Source: Dimorphilus gyrociliatus (taxonomy: Eukaryota; Animalia; Annelida). Taken from it: DNA of 64,000 bases. Location of the stretch: the NCBI GenBank assembly GCA_904063045.1, contig CAJFCJ010000009.1, positions 2,108,968-2,172,967 of the forward strand. The letters are read 5' to 3'. Each line of letters starts with the position of its first letter. Position 1 is the stretch's first letter. Positions 22,143-33,815 of the stretch are shown one piece after another. Below the pieces are notes generated by a model. It made no database searches, was not told the DNA's origin, and was given only the letters and a program-made list of their open reading frames with translations. A program made the position numbers and the translations under genes.

Positions 22143-25100
22143 CTAATAAAGGAAAAAAAATTGATTTTTTATTAAGGAATAATGCATTTATATCGGTGGT
22201 CTTTAATTTATCGTTGTATCAACAAATATTCTTATCAATATCTTTTATCAATCGAGTCAATGAGTTGGGATTTTATTCTATCATTTAAACTTTTAACTGG
22301 CAGACCATATTAAAAGACAAATAAAAATTAACTAACCTAATTATAGACCATAGTTTTAAGTTAATACTAAAATAATAATAGAGGTAGTAGATATGCGAAC
22401 ATTTATTATTATGCTTATTCTCAATTATTATCATCAAATCTTTGTTAATATCCTTATCATTAACTAGTTATAATAGTTTATTAAAAATATGTAAAATTCC
22501 TGTATGTTTGCTGTATATTCTATTAATATATACATCATGCACAAGTAATTTAAATAGAGAACGGTATTTATTATCTTCTCCTTATATTGTATACACTTTT
22601 GTGCTATATTTAATAGAAATTATATTGTTGGTGATATTTTCTAACCAATTCTAACCAGATTATTTTTAGGCCTATAAATCTGAGTAGAAATTTTAATTAC
22701 CTATAGATTGTTAATTGATATAACAGGTCAAAAGTGACATAAAAGATATGGTTAACATTTATACGCTCTTTTATTGCACATGTGTTCAAAATTAAATTAG
22801 TAATTACTTAACTGGAGAGATTCGTTAGATTGTCTTATTTCGATTACATATTTGGTCTAATTGAGTCAATTGATTCTCTTTTTTTTTTGTTTGCATGTGT
22901 ACTACAAAGTATAACCAAATGTTTAAAGATTATTTTACCGGATGAGGTCATTACAATGAAGGCGACATGCATTAAAATAATAAATAAAGAGAGAGAAAAA
23001 TCGAGGTTAACTATTTTCATTTGTATAGAAACATAGTAGGCTTATTTAATGTCTTCGGAGAAATAAACTTATCTGAGTACAATATGTTCTATTTCTTTCA
23101 TTCACTCACTCTCTCTCTCTCTCTCTCTTTCCTAGTACTATCAATTTTTTAGACATATATTTTTCGTACTATTTAAATAATAAAAGAATAAAGGAGAAAA
23201 TACAAACATAGAACTACTTTGAATACACTACAACACTTTTTTTCTCTTTTTGCAATTCGTAACAAAAGAAGAGAGAAAAGGAAGGAGGAGAGGAAAAAAG
23301 AAAAGAGAAGGTTGGTGAAGTGGTGAAGTAAAATGCAAAACTAAAGAAAGAAAATATTAATTGTAAAGAATGAAGAAAAATAGAAAGAGAGAGAAGAAAT
23401 ACTGTATAAGCGTTCCGTTACTTTTTTTATATTAAAAAGAAAAGATAACAAATAATAGTAATATTGTAATAATAAAAAATTAGAGATACTTACTATGGCA
23501 TTGAAACACACTGAACCAAGAGCCCAATTAGGGTGAACAGGTTGATTGAACGGATTGCACGGATTGAAAAAATAGGTCCAATTACCATTTGTCGTTACAT
23601 ATCTATTTTAGAGGGAAAGTATGATAAAAAATTATCGTCCATTTCTTTTTTTTATATATTTAAAGAAAATTTAGACGTTTTTAAAGAAAATATAAGTAAA
23701 AAAATGAAGAGAAGGGAAGAGAAGAAAGAAATATGAAGAAGACTAATAAATGATATAACTAATAAAGAATTATATTAATTACATGTTTTATTATTAAACA
23801 ATTTAATAAGTTATTAAATATGAATTAAAATGAATATTTATAAGGTAAAATTATATAAAAAGTATATTTAAAGTTTACTTTAATAATTTCAAAAAGTAGC
23901 AGAAAATCTCTTTTAGATATATATTAATATTAATATTGAGAAATATAAAAGATTATCTACCTAGGTAAACCGTTAGTTTTTGCCAATCGCTGCAAATTTA
24001 TTGCATATTGGCCCTTTCCAATTAGGCAATCATTCTTGTTAAATTGCATATACGAAGAAATTTGAACAGCATTGCTTAGAAAAAACAATGGAATCCAAAA
24101 TATTAATAAACTGTTCATTCTGCATAACAGCGCCGATAGAAGTGATATAGACCATCTTTTGTCAGATTGGCCTGAGATTATTTTTATATAGGCGTATATA
24201 ACAGCTGAGTGTTATAGCCTTGACCTTGACATATCATAACTCTCTAGATTACGTAAACAATTAAAACACGCTTAGTAACCAGCCAATTGAGAGTATGATG
24301 TTCATATATTCCTGTGCAAAGAGCACACCAGATGACACTACGTCATTAATATAATAACTTAAAAAACTTGGAGGAAGAGTAAAGAACTCTATCATGAGTG
24401 ATCTTCACGCGTGCTTCTTTGAATACATATGTGATTTAGAGTGCGTTGTACGATTTGATCGGTTAGAGTTTGCAATTGATTAATTTTGTTAACTATACAA
24501 GCAACCTCTTGAAATCATTTTATTATGATTGCATCATGAAAAACAACTAGCAAACTAGAACTTTTCTCTTTTTTCCGTGCCATAGTTAATTTCCACGAAA
24601 TCATCTTTATAGCATAATATGTTATTTATTATTATTAATTTCAAAAAAATCTCTATTGACGCGTATTTTTAACTTGATAAACATGTATGTATATATCTGT
24701 TCAAAAGAGTTTTTAACCCATCACTTTTTACAAACCTTCAAAAGGAATAAAAAATATCTCTAGAATTCTTGTCGATTATTTATCCAACTGGAATAGAAAG
24801 ATAAAGAATCTTCAAAATGCTATTTTCATCTAACAATCATCCTAGAATAGTCTTTATGAATATTTATTACTTGCTAAGGAGTCTGTAGTGATATTAGTAG
24901 TGACAAAGATATTCTAATTTCCTTAACTCATATACTAGAGAGATCGTTGAACGAGTTAAAATCAATTTTATCTTTTTATTCCTCTCGATTTTTACTCCTG
25001 TTACACTTATTTTTATGGAATAACGATACTTGAGCGAATTTTATTTTATCGGATCCGATGATAAGTTCGTTAAACTTTACAATATAGGCTGGAAAAGTAC

Positions 25101-25638
25101 TTAGTAGAAACAAAGAAGAGAGAATGAAGGTATAGCATAATGATCATATTACGATAATTGATTCCCGCCATTAATTTTACGATTAAGCTATGGAATTATA
25201 TAGATTTGTTTAAACTTAAAAACAAGAGCATATTAATTCTACTATTTTTAATATTCTAAGTTTAAGAGAAGATTACATCATCTGTTGTCTTAATCGACTT
25301 TTTTTAATGTTTTCTCATATAGTTGAATCCTTTTTTTTATCATTTTATAAAAAGTCTTGAATATATTTTTAAGCCTATATAAAAGTGAATATTAAAGGAC
25401 TTTTCGACTACTATACGAAAGATTAGAAAACCCGAATAGGCCTATAGATAGTTTTATAATTTTTCCTTTTACTTATTCGTTTCTTGCCTCGTTAGTTTAT
25501 TAAGTAATTAATGAATAATGAATCTTAATCATTTTCAAGATTAATTAATCTACAATCAGAGAAAAGATTAGTTCTAGCTTTGATATTTTGATCGGTTTTT
25601 CACACTTCTAATTTGAAGAATTTTCTTTTTTCATTCTT

Positions 25639-28565
25639 TTAAACGGATGCTTCAGAGGCGCGTTTATTACGTTTTCTGCGTTTAATACCAGGAGCACTAC
25701 TATGAAGGGATGTAGTTGGAGAGAGAACGTATGTTTCAAATGGCTGCTGCTCTCTGTAAATTTCCATGAACGGTTTGACAACTCTCCAAAGCTTTTATTT
25801 TGCAAATTGAAAAAATAACAACAAATTAAGGTTATTATGCAATGTTAATTGTAATATAAACAAACCCTTTCTTCTTGAAGGAGTTTTCTAGCGGCTTCTA
25901 TGTCTGGGGCCATAAACCTATCTTTTGTCCAAGGCCTAATCGAAATTTTAAAGATTTATTACGTAATCGAAGCAAAACAAAGCTATGCTAACTTTACAAC
26001 TCCTCTGACCAAATCATAAACAGCTTCAAGAGGTTTGGTTGTTTTTAATGGTCTTAAAAATTCAATTGCCTGACAGGCTGCTAATAATTCAATTGCAACA
26101 ACAAATTCGACGTGTTCAACAATTTTTAATGCTTTCCTAGCAGACCATCCACCCATACTGACGTGATCCTCTGTACCTGCACTTGTTGAAAGAGTATCGA
26201 CAGATGAAGGATGGCAGAGCCCTTTGTTTTCGGAAACTGTAAAATCAGCATAAAAAATATTATTTGAACTATAATCGTTATGTAAAATAGAAGGAATTAA
26301 CCTAACGCTGCTGCAGTACAATGAGCTATCATAAATCCAGAATTAAGACCACCCTTTGAGGTTAAAAATGCTGGTAATTCACTCGAAGCTGATGATTATA
26401 GAAAAAAAAACTTATCAAACTTTGTCTGATGATATAATTTATGATTTACCAGGATTAATTAGTCTTTCTATTCTCCTTTCGCTTATGTTAGCCAATTCAT
26501 GAACACCGATAGCCAAATAATCCAAGGCCTAGAAAGAACGTAATAGGAAAACTGTCTGAAAATTAATTCTTATTAAATTAGTTACCTTTGCTGGGTATTC
26601 CCCATGGAAATTACCAGCCGATATAATTTCTCCTTTGTCGGCAACTACCATCTGAAAAGAAATACTTTCAAATTAAACCTTCTTCAATTTACCTAAAACC
26701 TTACAGGATTATCGGTTGCGCTATTCATTTCGACGGTCAAAAGTCTTCTGACAAATTTGATAGTATCGTTTACTACCCCATGGACTTGAGGACAGCATCT
26801 TATAGTGTAAGCATCTTGAACTCTATCACAAAACCTATGACTCTCTGTAAAGATTTCAAGTTATACAAGATTTTGAACAATTTGCTATAATCCTAACCAG
26901 CAATCTCTGATGGAAAAGTATCAGAATGCAAAAGAGATCTAAATCTTTCGGCAACCAGTATTTGCCCTTCATGAGGTCGAGCATTGTGAATATCTAAACA
27001 GTGAACGTTTTACATTGTATTGCTTTGAGTAATTGTCAAACTGACTTACCTGAATTGAAAGCTTTGCAAGTGCCCTTCAAAACTTCCAAAGTCAAAGCTG
27101 CTACAACGTCAGCCTGTCTGGCGATTGCGTCGGCTCTTTCTACAGCCTCAACACCAAGTGCTGTTATGAACTGAGTACCGTTGATAAGTGATAATCCTTC
27201 CTTGGGACCTAGCTTAATGGGGGATAATCCATGGCTCTCCAAAACGTATTTAGCCTCGCCCCAACCGCATTCTGGACTCCACATTTTGCCTTCTCCCATC
27301 ATTCCTAATGCTAAATGTGCTAAGGGTGCAAGATCCCCACTAGCCCCAACAGTACCTTTTTCAGGTACCCATGGAAGGCAGCTGCAGTTAAATGCATCAA
27401 TGTATTGGTTCAAAGTCTTAAGCGAAATACCAGAGAAGCCTTTGGCTAATACATTAATTCTTAGAGCCAAAAGAGTTCTGGTTCTTTCGGGTGATAACGG
27501 AGCTCCAACACCTGAAGGAGTTCATGGTTATTTCTATGATATATAAATTGATAAAAGTATTACCAGCTGAATGAGATCTGATGAGGTTTTCTTGTAATTC
27601 TCTATAATTAACAATAAATAATAACAACTTATTAATGAATAATCATTAATTTACTTACATTAAATCGTCCTTTGGAATAACGACCCGAGCGAATTTTCCA
27701 AACCCAGTAGTAATGCCATAAACAACTGTTAAAAAAAATGAAGAAATGGTAGCGCCATCTTTTATTAAAAGTACAAATTTAAACAACTATACCTTTATTT
27801 TCTTGAACGATCTCCTCCAGCATTTGTCTGGCTTTTTTTACTCTACCAATAGAATCGTTAGAAAGCTATAAAGAGATAGTATAAAATATCATGAAGAATG
27901 TTTCTTTTTCTATTTGTATTTACGAAAAATAAAGAAAAAAAAACAGATCAAACAAACCTTAATCTTGATTTTCCCCTTACCCAGAAGGACTAAATCTTCG
28001 CATGACAGACTATTTCCATCAAGAACAATGAACTAAAAGAGAGCGAGAGAGATTTAATTACAAGAGAATTTCTGCAAGTTATTTAACGGAGAGGAAAAAA
28101 CTGATATAATCACCTCTGAAGGTTCTTCGTAGCCTTTTCTCCTGATAGAAAAAATTTCATTAGACCCATTAGATAATGCTTATTCTAGAAACTCACACTT
28201 GCTCAGGTACATAAGTAATTTCGGGAGTAGCCAATTTTGGATCGGACCAATCGCTTTGCAAAACTGCAAAATAAAGGCAAATAGAGAAATAAAACTGAGA
28301 AAAAACTCTATTACATGTGTTACTTACCAACTGAAACAAAATCATTATCATCAAGAACAGATCGAATAAGATCATCATTATCAAGTAAAACACCTCCTTT
28401 AGTTTTTCGAATTTCTTCAACTTTTTCCACTTTATCGATAAAAGAATGTGGTTTAAGCTTATAATACTTTTTCACAGCAACTTCGGCAAGCCAACCAATA
28501 TTCTCGGAACCATTTCCACAGGGAACTGCAAACCATTCCCCTCTTACTCTAACTGATACTTTCAT
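25639..28565 (-). CDS. HAL: Histidine ammonia-lyase with N-terminal Par3/HAL domain, multi-exon
   Basis: [16 protein letters not shown]; [12 protein letters not shown]; MIO motif [12 protein letters not shown]; LRFRSLL; [14 protein letters not shown]; [13 protein letters not shown]; ends [10 protein letters not shown]...SEASV*. Confidence 0.96.
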
Positions 28566-29359
28566 CTTTCTTGTTCAAATAAGATATCTCTGCCTACTTT
28601 GCTTTTTATACTTTTTAGATAGGAGAATAAAGGTCGAAATTTGAAGAAGAAGGTGTGAGGGGGGAGGGGGGAAATTGGTAGTAAAAGTTGCTTTTAACCG
28701 ATATTAATGTATTCAAAAATATCTTAAATAAATAGAATAAATAAAACAAAGGCTAGATCTAAATATTTTAATGAACATTTATTCGATAATATGTTGATTT
28801 TACGTAGAGAAAGGTGAAAACCCTGAAAGCTATTTACTTTTCGGACAAGCAATTAATAACGCTAAAACACAATAGTCAATTGTCTACCATACCAGAATAG
28901 AATGAAAATCTTGTATTACTTTTGTATTCTGAAGCAGATGGAAAATCTGCTCCACATCATTTATTTTATGTTTCTATTGTTCCTTAGTTAAAAGTTACTT
29001 TTATTTTAGAAAAGAAGACATTATTTTATGTGTAAATGTAACTTGTTTAGCTTAATTTCTCTAAAAAGAATGAAAAAAGTAACATAATTTGAACTTGATT
29101 ACTTGGTTTATTTATACTTTTGCATTGTTTGAACTTATTTATTTAAACTATTTAATTAATGATATTAAATAGTACTCGTACCAGTTTTTAATTATTAATA
29201 ATAAATTAATAATTTCAGGAAATATCAATACCAGTTTTCATAATTCTAATCCCACCAGATAACTCGAATCCCACGTGTGTTTGATATTCATCAATTATCG
29301 TTATACACTTAAAAACTTTATTTTTCTACGTTTTCAATTGACTGATTGACTGTATTTAC

Positions 29360-30489
29360 ATGTTTAATTTAGTAGTACTTAAAGATACTGTTATAATTAA
29401 CCCATGGAATTTCAACAAACAGAGATTTACTGTCATTCTAGACACACTAAATAATAGATTCTCGAACAAGGTAAAAGATCAGCTGTTATTTTCCTTAAAT
29501 TCCTAATAAAATCGTATCTCTGTTTCTTAAAACTTCTTTTTAGGTAATACATAACGTTGGTCTATGTCTTTCGGTTTGGGACTTATTAAAAGTAGAAGAC
29601 AGTTGTATATTACCTGGAGATGGCGCAACTCATACAAATGGTTTATAAGCTATTAAATTTTCCTTTTAACCCTTTAAAAAATAATACCAATTATACACTT
29701 TACTTTTAACAGTAACTTTTCGTGCTATTGTTTATCGTCCATTTATTGATGAAGTTATTGTTGGAAAAATTAAATCGTGCACTAAAGAGAGAATTCAAGG
29801 TATATGATGAAATTCACTGAAATTTTATCCTTATAATTAACATGAACAATGTTAACAATAAATATATCGTTTATATTCATGTATATATAAAAAAAAAATT
29901 GCACAGTCACTGTGGGATGTTTCGATGATATTTTCATTCTACCTGAATACTTACAAGAAAACTCATCATTGTATCCTTAATATGATAATTAATTGATTAT
30001 TTATATATAGTTTAACATATATAATTTAATATTTAATTATTGAAAAAAATTCTCTTTAATTAATTCAACAAAAAGTGATAGCAAAGAAGAAACTTGGAAA
30101 TGGCAATATGAAGATGGGGGAGAAGCGCATGATTTGTTTATGGATATTGGACAGCAAATCCGGTAAGAAAAGTCAATTATACATGATTAGTTATGCTATT
30201 AAATGCAACGATAACTACAACTTAAATCAATACTTGTGCTTTATTTTACAGTTTTAGAGTGATTGGTGAGAAGTTTACTGATTTATCTCCTTCTGGACCT
30301 AGGAATGAGAATGCTGAAGAAATGGTAGAGCCTAATCTTACAAAATCGTACGAAATTACTGTAAGTTTACCATCAAAATTTGGCACTAATACCATCTATT
30401 TAGTTTACTCAATATTATGCTTGTATTTCGTTTTTTAGGGAAGTATATGCGAACCTGGTTTAGGATTAATTTCATGGTGGGAAAGTTGA
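29360..30489 (+). CDS. POLR3H: RNA polymerase III subunit RPC8/RPC25, multi-exon
   Basis: MFNLVVLKDTVIINPW; NKVIHNVGLCLSVWD; ILPGDGATH; YRPFIDEVIVGKIKSCT; GCFDDIFI; WKWQYE...HDLFMD; GSICEPGLGLISWWES*. Confidence 0.93.
29971..30075 (+). other. Candidate U12-type (minor spliceosome) GT-AG intron in POLR3H
   Basis: 5' site GTATCCTTAA; branch-like TCTTTAAT at 30053-30060; purine-rich 3' end (caacaaaaag) with no polypyrimidine tract. Its removal joins TT|T (Phe) in the conserved frame SSF-DSKEETWKW. Confidence 0.7.
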
Positions 30490-31430
30490 ATAACAGAGTT
30501 GTTTTCATTCTTTAAGAATCAGAGATGTGAAACAATTTTATAAACCTTCAAGAAAATTTATGAGTTTGTTATCAAGTCTATTTTTAATGCTCTAAGATAA
30601 TCAAAGTTCAGGCTAAAATTGTTATGTCGTATATCTATGTTTCCAAACTGTTTTTGTAGACTTCCTCAAGCTTAGGATCTAAATAAAGGACAAGACATAA
30701 ACCTTATTATCAGTCTTTGGCTTAAACGCCACCTATCGTCGTTTAATTACCTACATTATAAGAAGTTGGATGATGCTTAATGCAATAAACAAGATCCTAT
30801 TTATAGATTAAAACTCTTGATATTATAGAAAGTAAAATTTCAATAAACCATATTTTTTTTTTTGCTGATCTGATTTATCCATTCGGAATTCTTTATAAAT
30901 TAAAAAACTGAAAAACTCGTTGGCCTATAAGCATAGCTAATATTTTACGACCACGAAAAGCGCAACATCTTTTAAAGTAAAACACGTGACACATGCAACG
31001 ATCGAGCTGTATACTTAATTGAAAGAGAAAAAAAGAGTACAATAGACAACAGAGATTCACACAGTTATTAGATATGTAAATATAATTCCAGATGTTTGAA
31101 GAAGAGAACTGGATCAATGCCCTTAGTCGATTAAAAATATTCAACTACCATCTTTATATTCTTATCAAAAACGAAATAAAAAGCTTGAGAACCGTTTATT
31201 TTCTAAGGGAAAAAAAATACTTAATTAAATCTTACATATGTTTATGAAAGAACGCTTTAAGAGGAAATTGAGAGGAAGAGACAAAGTGTGAGATAGCTCC
31301 AACGCAAGTTTAGATAGAGAGCGCAGTTTTCATTTGAACACGTATGAAGTAGTTAAATAAATTTCCTTAGTATTTTGTATTTGACCTTTATGGTGTTACC
31401 TTACTTTCAGGACGCTTTTTATTCTCACTC

Positions 31431-31431
31431 A

Positions 31432-31458
<27 letters not shown>
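31431..31458. repeat. (TC)n microsatellite
   Basis: TC run read directly; boundaries approximate. Confidence 0.85.
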
Positions 31459-31467
<9 letters not shown>

Positions 31468-32807
31468 TTCGATTTCTTAACCATTCCTTCTCTACCCGTA
31501 TTTATCTATCTACCCGACTCTAGCGCCATCCATCAAATTTTCCTTTCTTTTTTTTAAATATTGCAGTTCGTTGTCTGCAAAACAGCTTACAGTGAGTTGG
31601 TAAGTAAAAAAAAACCTATATGAAAAATGGTACTATATACTAATATAATATACAAATATACAATTATTTAATATATTTTATTCTAAATAATCAATTACAA
31701 ACTGAACTTACTTGTGTATATAATCGATACGATGTAAGCCTATAGGCGTTCACTACAGCCACATCTGTTCAAACGACGCGCTGGAAGTGTAATCGATCGT
31801 AAATTTTCTATTTATACCTTACGGACTAGTAGTTATTTTTTTTCTTTGTATTTTCTAGTTTTTTTGTTCAAAATTTTGTGTCTTTTTGAGTATTTTAGAA
31901 AGGAAAGAGAAAAAGAAATAAGTTTAACCCAAAGTCTGAAGAGAGAAGGTTAAAAAAGATAAAGCTTGAGATTAGTTAAAGGTAAACCGTATTTTATTTT
32001 TTAAAATATTACATGTTCTAAAATACCTTCTCTAATTTCAATGAAACAAGTGATATTAAAAAGCTGGGCGTAGCTGTTTTGTATAATATCTGTTACATTT
32101 TATCTTTAGTAATGAAAGAGTAAGATCTCTCTATATGAGTTTCTTATTTGTTTTCCTTTTGTTATTTCTTACTTGGTCTAACTTTTATTTTCACACATAT
32201 ACACACACATAATCTCTCTCCTCTCTCTCTCTCTCTCTCTCCCTCCCTCATTTTCTCTGCATCCATACCTAGCCTTATACATTTTTCCTCTTTAAATTGA
32301 TCCCGAGTTGTTGTTCTTCTAAATTTACTTGATGGTAGTAAAGGTATTTATACAGCTACGCCTATAAAAGATGTATAAATAACATATATTTCTTCTTTTA
32401 TCTTTCGGAATCTATATTAAATTTCTAAGGGAATTTCGCTTAAGGAGATTATCATTTCATAGGGATAAGAGAATTTTTTATATAATAAAATGACCCAACA
32501 CTTTTGAAATGATAGGACTGCTTGATAGGAAAGAGTTAGAAAAGTTATATATATATATATATACTATATATCTTCCTGTTCGCTTTTTTTTTTCTTGGAT
32601 GAAAACCAGTTGTCAATGATGGCGATTGAACAACTTATCTTAAAACGCTATAGTTCTTTAGATAAAAAAAACCTGCTTGTCGACAAAGCATTCCCTGCTC
32701 TGCACTGCATAATTCGAACAGCAGCTGTGCAACAGCAATAAACCAATTCTATATAACAGAGCACCTGTTCTACACTAATTCAACAACAGAAGATGAAATA
32801 GGTCGAT

Positions 32808-33428
32808 ATGGATTGGCTCATACTTTTTTCGGTTGTATTGTCCTGCTCGTTGGCGGATGAAACGATAGAAGTTGGGTCGCCGGAGCAAGGGACATCGTTT
32901 TTAATAATAAATTGGAGAATCCCTGCTAATAGTTCGGCTCCACATCCACGCTCTCCTTATGTACTTCTCTCCTACCGGCCCGTAGATTCCCAAGTCACTT
33001 CTTTCCTACCGTCTATGCCTTTCGCCACCGAATCAGTAAAGATAGATCAACTTCACTCAGAAATCGAATACGAAGTCTGTGTTACTGCAAGTGAGGATCG
33101 CTTAATCAACTTGACGGTTACTAAACATCTAGATTATGGTTGCGGAAAATTCAGAACAATCCCTTTGATTCGAGGGGATAATCTCCTGAGTGCATGTCTC
33201 GTTATCGCTTTTTTCTTATTCTTAATATTGGCTGCTATCTGCTGTTGGCGCGTTCACGCATGGAAAATAAGTAGAAAGAGTGAAGAACACGAGGAGATAG
33301 TGGATGAGCAAAATATAGAAACTTATGAATCGAGCCCGGCATTGGGTAGGAATAGAGCGTTCTTAGATAATCCCGATATACCATACATAACAACCCCTCC
33401 ACCAATACCGAAGTCCATCTACGTTTGA
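32808..33428 (+). CDS. Type I membrane protein: signal peptide, one FN3 domain, TM, short tail (206 aa, single coding exon)
   Basis: Hydrophobic N-terminus; FN3-like pattern LIINW...LLSYRP...IDQLHSEIEYEVCVTA; TM LLSACLVIAFFLFLILAAICCW; C-terminal SIYV. Confidence 0.8.
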   Translation: MDWLILFSVVLSCSLADETIEVGSPEQGTSFLIINWRIPANSSAPHPRSPYVLLSYRPVDSQVTSFLPSMPFATESVKIDQLHSEIEYEVCVTASEDRLINLTVTKHLDYGCGKFRTIPLIRGDNLLSACLVIAFFLFLILAAICCWRVHAWKISRKSEEHEEIVDEQNIETYESSPALGRNRAFLDNPDIPYITTPPPIPKSIYV

Positions 33429-33815
33429 AAATTCTAGTAACAGCTCAGGTTCAACCTTAATTGGATTACTTATGGGAATACGCTGTTTTCGATTTTAAAT
33501 ACGTCAGTTTCGTATTAATTCGAGAAAATTAATTTAATATGCCAGTCATTTACTACTTCGTTGAACATGTTTTGGCAATCAAAAGTATTAAAGCTGTAAA
33601 ACGTCCCCATAACTGTTTTTTTTTTCTTTTCAATTCAGGAGACTCAATTTATGAAAATATTCACTCAAATTCATAACGAAAATATATGTAAATTTAAAAG
33701 CGTATCAATCCTGACTGTTTTCCACTGATGTGAACGTAGTTTATAATTTTATTGTTTTATTAATTTTTAAACGAGATAGGAAAAACTTGGAAAAACGTGA
33801 CATTAAGCAAACTTC

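Noticed and set aside
23970-24400. Possible non-LTR RT relic (FLSYYINDVVSSGVLFAQE on minus) or degraded membrane-protein gene
   Set aside because: Lacks the (Y/F)ADD motif, has multiple stops and no other RT motifs nearby; resemblance may be chance.
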